A program made the position numbers and the translations under genes. The notes below the pieces were generated by a model that was not told where the DNA came from, ran no database searches, and saw only the letters and a list, made by a program, of their open reading frames with translations. A stretch of 32,000 nucleotides of DNA from Candidatus Saccharimonadota bacterium (GTDB lineage Bacteria; Bacteroidota; Bacteroidia; Cytophagales; Amoebophilaceae): contig NZ_OZ034918.1 in the NCBI RefSeq assembly GCF_964030745.1, positions 780,001 through 812,000 on the forward strand. The letters are read 5' to 3'. How positions within the stretch are numbered: position 1 is the stretch's first letter; every line of letters begins with the position of its first letter. Positions 26,538-32,000 of this stretch are shown here, piece after piece.

Positions 26538-27935
26538 ATGGTGCCATTAGCGGGGATAGCCAATCATTTAATCTTACGTGAGATCGGTGAGATGGCCGAT
26601 GCGCTTCAACTAGAGACCTATGTAGTAGGGGGATTTGTGCGAGATCTATTGTTGGGGCGTGTTTCTAAAGATATTGATATTGTCTGTGTAGGAGATGGCA
26701 TGGTGCTAGCACAGGCTGTAGCACAAGATAAAGGTGTTTCAGTTAGCCTATTTAAAAGTTTTGGTACCGCCATGTTGCAGTGGAATGGATGGGTGGTGGA
26801 GTTTGTAGGTGCTAGAAAAGAATCTTACTTGTTGGATTCTCGCAATCCCAGTGTATCCACTGGTACACTCTCTGATGATCAAATGCGCCGGGATTTTACC
26901 ATTAATGCAATGGCTATTTCCCTAAATAAAGCAACATATGGTCAGTTATTAGATCCCTTTAACGGACAGCAAGACTTGGTAGATCGGCTGATTAGAACCC
27001 CTTGTGATCCCAGGCAAACCTTTTCCGATGACCCTTTGCGCATCATGCGTGCCATTCGCTTGGCGGCTCAGTTGCATTTTACCATCACACCAGAAACACG
27101 CGCCGCCATGACGGCTGCTGGCGATCGATTGGGTATTGTGGCGCAGGAACGTATCTCCGAAGAGTTACATAAAATGATGGCTACCGATAGGCCTGCTTAT
27201 GGATTTAAACTTTTATTCGATGCCAATCTGCTATCCATTGTACTACCAGAATTGCAAAAGCTTTCAGGGAAAGAACAAATTGGATGCCATTCCCATAAAG
27301 ATAATTTTCTTCATACACTTGCTGTGTTGGACAACCTGGTACAGCATTCTACAAAACTATGGCTTCGTTGGGCAGCTATTTTTCATGATATTGCCAAGCC
27401 GTTGACTAAACAATTTGATCCTGTACATGGTTTTTCTTTTCATGGTCACGAAGATCTGGGCGCTAGAATGTTGCCTAGGCTATTTAAAAGAATGCGATTT
27501 CCCGTCAGCAAGGAGGTACTGGGCTATGTACAAAAATTGGTTAGATTGCATTTACGCCCTATAGCCTTGGCAAAGGAGGTTACGGATACTGCTATACGCC
27601 GACTTTTATATGAGGTTGGAGATGATTTAGAGGATTTGTTTTTGTTGTGTAGGGCTGATATTACCTCTAAAAATGAAATAAAGGTGCAGCAATATTTGTC
27701 TAACCTGGATAAGGTGCATAAGCGGGTGTTGGAAGTAGAGGCACGTGATAAAATTAGAAATTTTCAACCCGTTATTACCGGTGCGGTTATTATGGAAACA
27801 TTTGCACTCAAACCATCTGCTCAGGTAGGCCTTATTAAAGAGGCTGTTAAAGAGGCTATATTAGAGGGTAAAATTAAAAATGAATACCAAGAGGCATTTG
27901 ATTATATGTTGATGGTTGGCAGGCATTTATGTTAA
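26538..27935 (+). CDS. tRNA nucleotidyltransferase (CCA-adding) / poly(A) polymerase family protein with HD domain
   Basis: YVVGGFVRDLLLGRVSKDIDIVCVG (GG-x-VRD...D-x-D nucleotidyltransferase motif), RRDFTINAMA, DPLRIMRAIRLAAQL, and the HD region HSHKDNFLHTL...AAIFHDIAKP. ATG 26538 is preceded by AAGGAGG. The ORF track start is GTG 26472. Confidence 0.85.
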   Translation: MVPLAGIANHLILREIGEMADALQLETYVVGGFVRDLLLGRVSKDIDIVCVGDGMVLAQAVAQDKGVSVSLFKSFGTAMLQWNGWVVEFVGARKESYLLDSRNPSVSTGTLSDDQMRRDFTINAMAISLNKATYGQLLDPFNGQQDLVDRLIRTPCDPRQTFSDDPLRIMRAIRLAAQLHFTITPETRAAMTAAGDRLGIVAQERISEELHKMMATDRPAYGFKLLFDANLLSIVLPELQKLSGKEQIGCHSHKDNFLHTLAVLDNLVQHSTKLWLRWAAIFHDIAKPLTKQFDPVHGFSFHGHEDLGARMLPRLFKRMRFPVSKEVLGYVQKLVRLHLRPIALAKEVTDTAIRRLLYEVGDDLEDLFLLCRADITSKNEIKVQQYLSNLDKVHKRVLEVEARDKIRNFQPVITGAVIMETFALKPSAQVGLIKEAVKEAILEGKIKNEYQEAFDYMLMVGRHLC

Positions 27936-27941
27936 TGCTAT

Positions 27942-28149
27942 GAGACCTCGTTCGGCACCAAAATGGCTATTTCGCAATCGAGTTTCGAAGGAGGCTATTA
28001 GACCTGCACTTGCATAGATCCATTTCCTTATAGATCTTTGTATATTATGGGAGGGTGCTTGAAATTTTCAATCAAACTTCCGGGGTATGGCCTTCTGTGG
28101 AAAAACGCTTAGGCTTTTGGTAGCGGTAGCAGTTTCGCGAAAAGGCTAA
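27942..28149. repeat. Possible degenerate third copy of MITE-like family 2
   Basis: GAGACCTCGTTCGGCA...GGCTATTTCGCAAT resembles the left end and interior start of 922-1058. GTTTCGAAGGAGGCTATTA (about 27982) and GTTTCGCGAAAAGGCTAATG (about 28131) resemble the right end. Confidence 0.25.
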
Positions 28150-28175
28150 TGTTTGGTATAAAACTATTTTAAACT

Positions 28176-28502
28176 ATGGATCAAAACGTTATAGAGATTA
28201 CAGATGTGCAGTTTGATGAGGCTATTGGCCAGCATAAACTTGTTTTGGTAGACTTTTGGGCACCTTGGTGTGGGCCTTGCTTAAAGCTTGCTCCCGTTAT
28301 AGAGCAGATTGCTGCTCTGTATAAAGGGAAAGTATATGTCACTAAGCTGAATATCAGCGAAAATAGCCAAGCACCTTCTAAGTATTTCATTACTACCATA
28401 CCTACTATGTTGTTTTTTCATGAAGGTCAACAAGTAGATCGTTTGGTTGGCAATGTACCGATTAGCCAAATTCAGGCATCCCTAGATAGATATTTACCTT
28501 AA
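28176..28502 (+). CDS. trxA: Thioredoxin
   Basis: LVDFWAPWCGPCLKLAPV with the WCGPC active site. 108 aa, and TIPTMLFF in the expected position. Confidence 0.93.
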   Translation: MDQNVIEITDVQFDEAIGQHKLVLVDFWAPWCGPCLKLAPVIEQIAALYKGKVYVTKLNISENSQAPSKYFITTIPTMLFFHEGQQVDRLVGNVPISQIQASLDRYLP

Positions 28503-28536
28503 TGTAATTGTGTAGCCTCTTTACACTTTTCCACTC

Positions 28537-30306
28537 ATGCAATCCATTACTAAAAATCTAAAAACTTTTATCTGGCACTTTGTAGGCCAATACAAATGGC
28601 ATTTCCTTGCTATGGCTTGTTTGCGCATGTGCTTTGTGTTGGATAATTTAGTAGTTCCTTATGCCTTTAAGGTATTGGTCACACAACTTACAGCATTAGC
28701 CGACGATAGAACAGCTGTTTGGATCAAGCTGGGTTGTCCACTGATCGCTTTATTGGGTGTAATTGTCCTCATAGAGCTTTTTTTTCGTTTATTTGACTAC
28801 ATGAAGCTTAGGACGATTCCTGCTTTTGAGGCAAAAATACGTATCTGGATTGTACAGTATCTGCAAGGTCATTCTTATCAGTTTTTTACAGAGCATTTTT
28901 CTGGTGATTTGGTAAAACGGGTCAACGACTTAACAGATGGCATCAGTCAGATCATGATGATTATCATTTCATCATTTTTGCCTACATTTTGCACCATGTT
29001 GGCGGGTGTCTTTTCTTTTGCCTATATACAGCCTACTTTTGGTGCGATGTTAATGGCTTGGTTGATATTGCATACGACCACTTATCTTGTCTATTCAAAA
29101 AAGTGTCGTCATCGTGTAGCAATGCATGCAGAAAAAGGTAGTCGTTTATCTGGAAGCATTGTAGATGGCTTTACCAATATCTTAAGCATTAAGCTTTTTG
29201 CACGAAAAAATCAAGAAACCACCCATTTATTGGTTCCACAAGCAAGAGAAAAACGTGCACATGAATCAGCTTTAAAGCTTATTATGCAGCTCCATTTTAT
29301 CATTAGTGGTCTTTCTATTGGCTTTATGGGTGTAGGCATGCTTGCTTATATGATCTATTATTGGCAGCTTGGTAAGCTTTCTATTTCTGAAGTCACCTAC
29401 ATTTTTTATGCGGGCAATAATATTTGCAACTTGGTTTGGGTTTCTGTGGCAGAGTTTCCTGATTTTTTTGAAGAAGTTGGCTATTGCCAACAGGCTTTAA
29501 AATTATTACAAAGACAACATGCTGTTTTGGATGCCCCTGATGCGGCTGTGCTTACCTGCCAATCTGCCTCTATTGCCTTTAAAGATGTCTCCTTTGCTTA
29601 TGTGCCCGATAAGCCTATATTTGAAGATCAAAGCATTGATATAGCAGCTGGTGAAAAGGTAGGTTTGGTTGGCTTATCTGGTAGTGGTAAAACTACTTTT
29701 ATTAATCTATTGTTAAGGTTTTTTGATTTGAATAAAGGGGTGATTACCATTGATGGTCAAGATATATCCACTGTTACGCAAGAATCATTGCGTGCGGCTA
29801 TTTCCCTTATACCTCAAGACACGGTGCTTTTCCATGATAGTATTTTAGAAAATATTCGTTATGGTCGCAAAAATGCAACCGATGAGGAAGTTGTTGCCGC
29901 TGCCAAAAAGGCAAACTGTCATAGCTTTATTATGGGTTTGGCACAAGGATATCATACATTGGTGGGTGAAAGAGGATCAAAGCTTTCAGGTGGACAGCGC
30001 CAACGCATTGCTATTGCACGTGCTGTATTAAAAGATGCCCCTATTTTAATATTAGATGAGGCGACTTCTGCATTAGATGCTGTTACTGAAACTGAAATTC
30101 AAGAAAGCCTCTCTAGGATTATGGCTAATAAAACAACTATTGTGATTGCGCATAGATTGGCGGTTTTGGCTGCGATGGATCGGGTGCTGGTATTTAATGG
30201 TGGTAAAATAATCGCAAGTGGATCCCATGAGACGCTTTTAAAGATTAGCCCGCTCTATGCAAATATGTGTAGGCTTCAGTTTGATGGCATGCGTTCGTTA
30301 CAATAG
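28537..30306 (+). CDS. ABC transporter, fused permease/ATP-binding exporter (MsbA/multidrug-like)
   Basis: N-terminal six-helix-type hydrophobic half. Walker A GLSGSGKTT, Q-loop IPQD, signature LSGGQRQRIAIARA, Walker B ILILDEATSALD, H-loop IAHRL. Confidence 0.9.
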   Translation: MQSITKNLKTFIWHFVGQYKWHFLAMACLRMCFVLDNLVVPYAFKVLVTQLTALADDRTAVWIKLGCPLIALLGVIVLIELFFRLFDYMKLRTIPAFEAKIRIWIVQYLQGHSYQFFTEHFSGDLVKRVNDLTDGISQIMMIIISSFLPTFCTMLAGVFSFAYIQPTFGAMLMAWLILHTTTYLVYSKKCRHRVAMHAEKGSRLSGSIVDGFTNILSIKLFARKNQETTHLLVPQAREKRAHESALKLIMQLHFIISGLSIGFMGVGMLAYMIYYWQLGKLSISEVTYIFYAGNNICNLVWVSVAEFPDFFEEVGYCQQALKLLQRQHAVLDAPDAAVLTCQSASIAFKDVSFAYVPDKPIFEDQSIDIAAGEKVGLVGLSGSGKTTFINLLLRFFDLNKGVITIDGQDISTVTQESLRAAISLIPQDTVLFHDSILENIRYGRKNATDEEVVAAAKKANCHSFIMGLAQGYHTLVGERGSKLSGGQRQRIAIARAVLKDAPILILDEATSALDAVTETEIQESLSRIMANKTTIVIAHRLAVLAAMDRVLVFNGGKIIASGSHETLLKISPLYANMCRLQFDGMRSLQ

Positions 30307-30309
30307 GGC

Positions 30310-31488
30310 ATGGTGATGCATTTTTTGCTGGGTCAAAAAGCATGGTTTGCATACCTAAGGTTATTGCTTCTGGGGCTTGTTTCTTTCTTGCCCCTTTTTG
30401 CATATAGTAAACCATCAGCTATTTGTGATGGTAGCGAGCCACCTCCCTTAGCCAGCAACTATTCAGCTAAGCTGCTGTGCACCATAAATGGCCAGAGCTT
30501 TATAGACAATACAGAGTATTTCAATAAAATTATGGAAGGGGAGACCTTGTTTGGGTTTCATTTTCTGCCTGGTTTAACCTTTTTAATGGCTGAAGAGATA
30601 GGGCTTAACTTGGGGCTCATCTGGGAGAAACACTTTGGCCATATGCAACCATGGTTTGGTATTAGGCCTGCGCTATCCATCTATTATAGCCACAAACAAA
30701 CTAGTTGTGTATTGGGTATTTTTGATCTACAAGACTATCCTCCTACCTTATTAGAGCCCCTCTATGTAAGACGTAAGCCTTTTATGGAGGGATTCCATTT
30801 TAAACTAGCAAAACATAAAAGCTATCTATCAGGTTGGCTCAATTGGCGCACGTTACTAGCTAAGCAAGATAACCAACCAGAAACTTTTACATTGTATTTG
30901 GATGGAGCATGGTGCCAGGACCATTCAAGCCAAAAGATAAGCTGTACCATACCCTTTCAACTAGCTGTTTATCATTTAGGTGGCCAGGGCATTTCGGTAA
31001 AAGATTATAGTCTATGGTGTGGTGCGGGTGGTCTTTCCTTGCGTTTGCCCAATAGCTTTAGCGGCCCCATTTACGGGGCTAGTTATCTATTATTCAATAA
31101 ATATGTAAAAGAAATAGATCGACCTTTTAAAGCAGGGTGGGGGCAACTGCATACGATCGACTGGCGCATGAATTTTCTGGGCGTATCACTGAGTTATTGG
31201 TATGGATATCATTTTTCTTCTGAAAATATGGGCCATCTGCTCTATCAATCTATGCGTATAGAAAATCATAAGGCGATCTACTATGAACCTATCAGAAGTC
31301 TTTTATTTTTATCTATATATAGGGATTGGGTGCTCCAATCAGGTATAACGCTTCAAGTTGTTTTGAGGCCCTATTACGATTTTAGCAACCGACTGTTAGA
31401 GTATGGTTTTTCATGTAAATTGGTTTATTCTAGAAAGGTTCAGCTCACTACTTTGCGTTATGTAGATGTTCCGATGAGCAAAGCGTAG
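30310..31488 (+). CDS. Hypothetical exported protein (392 aa), possibly outer-membrane; 3 nt downstream of the ABC exporter gene
   Basis: N-terminal hydrophobic segment LRLLLLGLVSFLPLFAYS is signal-peptide-like. The body is rich in aromatic residues and Gly. No recognised motif. Confidence 0.5.
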   Translation: MVMHFLLGQKAWFAYLRLLLLGLVSFLPLFAYSKPSAICDGSEPPPLASNYSAKLLCTINGQSFIDNTEYFNKIMEGETLFGFHFLPGLTFLMAEEIGLNLGLIWEKHFGHMQPWFGIRPALSIYYSHKQTSCVLGIFDLQDYPPTLLEPLYVRRKPFMEGFHFKLAKHKSYLSGWLNWRTLLAKQDNQPETFTLYLDGAWCQDHSSQKISCTIPFQLAVYHLGGQGISVKDYSLWCGAGGLSLRLPNSFSGPIYGASYLLFNKYVKEIDRPFKAGWGQLHTIDWRMNFLGVSLSYWYGYHFSSENMGHLLYQSMRIENHKAIYYEPIRSLLFLSIYRDWVLQSGITLQVVLRPYYDFSNRLLEYGFSCKLVYSRKVQLTTLRYVDVPMSKA

Positions 31489-31506
31489 GGCTAACCAATG
31501 TATCTT

Positions 31507-32000
31507 ATGGCTGAGTTATTGATCTATCGTGCTTCTGCAGGTTCTGGCAAAACCCATATATTGGTAACCCGTTATATTCAATGGGCCTTACGTTATCCAG
31601 ATGCTTTTAAGCATATCTTGGCGGTAACCTTTACCAATCGTGCAACCCAAGAAATGAAACAGCGGATGCTGGACTATTTACACAGCCTATCCATTGGGGA
31701 AGCAACTGATTTACAAGAAACGCTATGCCAAGCAGGATGGACACCTGAGCAACTACAGCTGCGCAGCAAGGAAGTACTATCCATGATGGTCTATCAGTAT
31801 GGCGATTTGTCAGTAGTCACCATCGATAGTTTCTTTTATAAGATCATTCAATCCTTTTCTAAAGAGATGGGATTACAGCACCATTTTGCTATTGAAATGG
31901 ATGAACCACTCGCTTTGCAAGAAACCGTAGATACATTGACTACCTTGGATGATCCACTGCTTCAACAGTGGATGGTGGATTTTGCACTTACCAAACTATT
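31507..32000 (+). CDS. UvrD/REP (AddA/RecB-like) superfamily-1 helicase, N-terminal 164 aa; 3' end outside window
   Basis: The ATG 31507 frame is open to the window end. MAELLIYRASAGSGKTHILVTRY (Walker A), ILAVTFTNRATQEMKQR (motif Ia), VVTIDSFFYKII. Confidence 0.8.
   Translation, partial: MAELLIYRASAGSGKTHILVTRYIQWALRYPDAFKHILAVTFTNRATQEMKQRMLDYLHSLSIGEATDLQETLCQAGWTPEQLQLRSKEVLSMMVYQYGDLSVVTIDSFFYKIIQSFSKEMGLQHHFAIEMDEPLALQETVDTLTTLDDPLLQQWMVDFALTKL

Overview
AT-rich bacterial chromosome segment. By inference only, several features suggest an intracellular Bacteroidota symbiont of the Amoebophilus/Cardinium type. These are a Bacteroidetes-type TTTG/TAnnTTTG promoter, a short 81-aa ATP synthase epsilon, Afp/PVC-like contractile-injection genes, an IS plus MITE load, a eukaryote-like LRR protein, and a 23S-5S unit with no 16S. 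Layout: (1) 3' end of a Ppx/GppA phosphatase gene. (2) An odd Ala-rich lipoprotein gene (1423-2832) built almost entirely of NNT codons. (3) An orphan atpC. (4) The main item, 3978-10119: a tightly packed + strand operon for only the tail half of a contractile injection system (CIS; Afp/PVC/T6SS-iv-like). It encodes a DUF4255/Afp16-like protein, an unknown ORF, the sheath, two unassigned ~150-aa ORFs, a gp19-type tube, an Afp6/DUF5908-like mini-ORF, and an Afp7-like tube initiator with a long Gly/Ser/Ala tail. No spike, baseplate, tape-measure or ATPase genes follow. The operon ends in about 1 kb of nested palindromic repeats. (5) Housekeeping genes: tatD-like, a metallophosphoesterase, ogt, an LD-carboxypeptidase, thyA and idi. 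Among them is a second copy of the repeat, split by an IS5-family element whose transposase is divided at an A_AAA_AAG slippery site. (6) A 23S-5S rRNA unit with its own promoter, processing stem and terminator, but no 16S or spacer tRNA. (7) A candidate effector island: a 681-aa protein of ~24 x 27-residue RNI/NLR-like LRRs, then two ORFs whose likely true N-termini are eukaryotic lipidation motifs (MGNSNS; MGCVYGNC). The second is an alpha/beta-hydrolase lipase (GHSQGG). (8) CCA-adding/HD nucleotidyltransferase, trxA, an MsbA-like ABC exporter, an exported hypothetical protein, and the 5' end of a UvrD/AddA-like helicase. No CRISPR array or tRNA was seen. All family assignments come from motif reading by eye and need profile searches.
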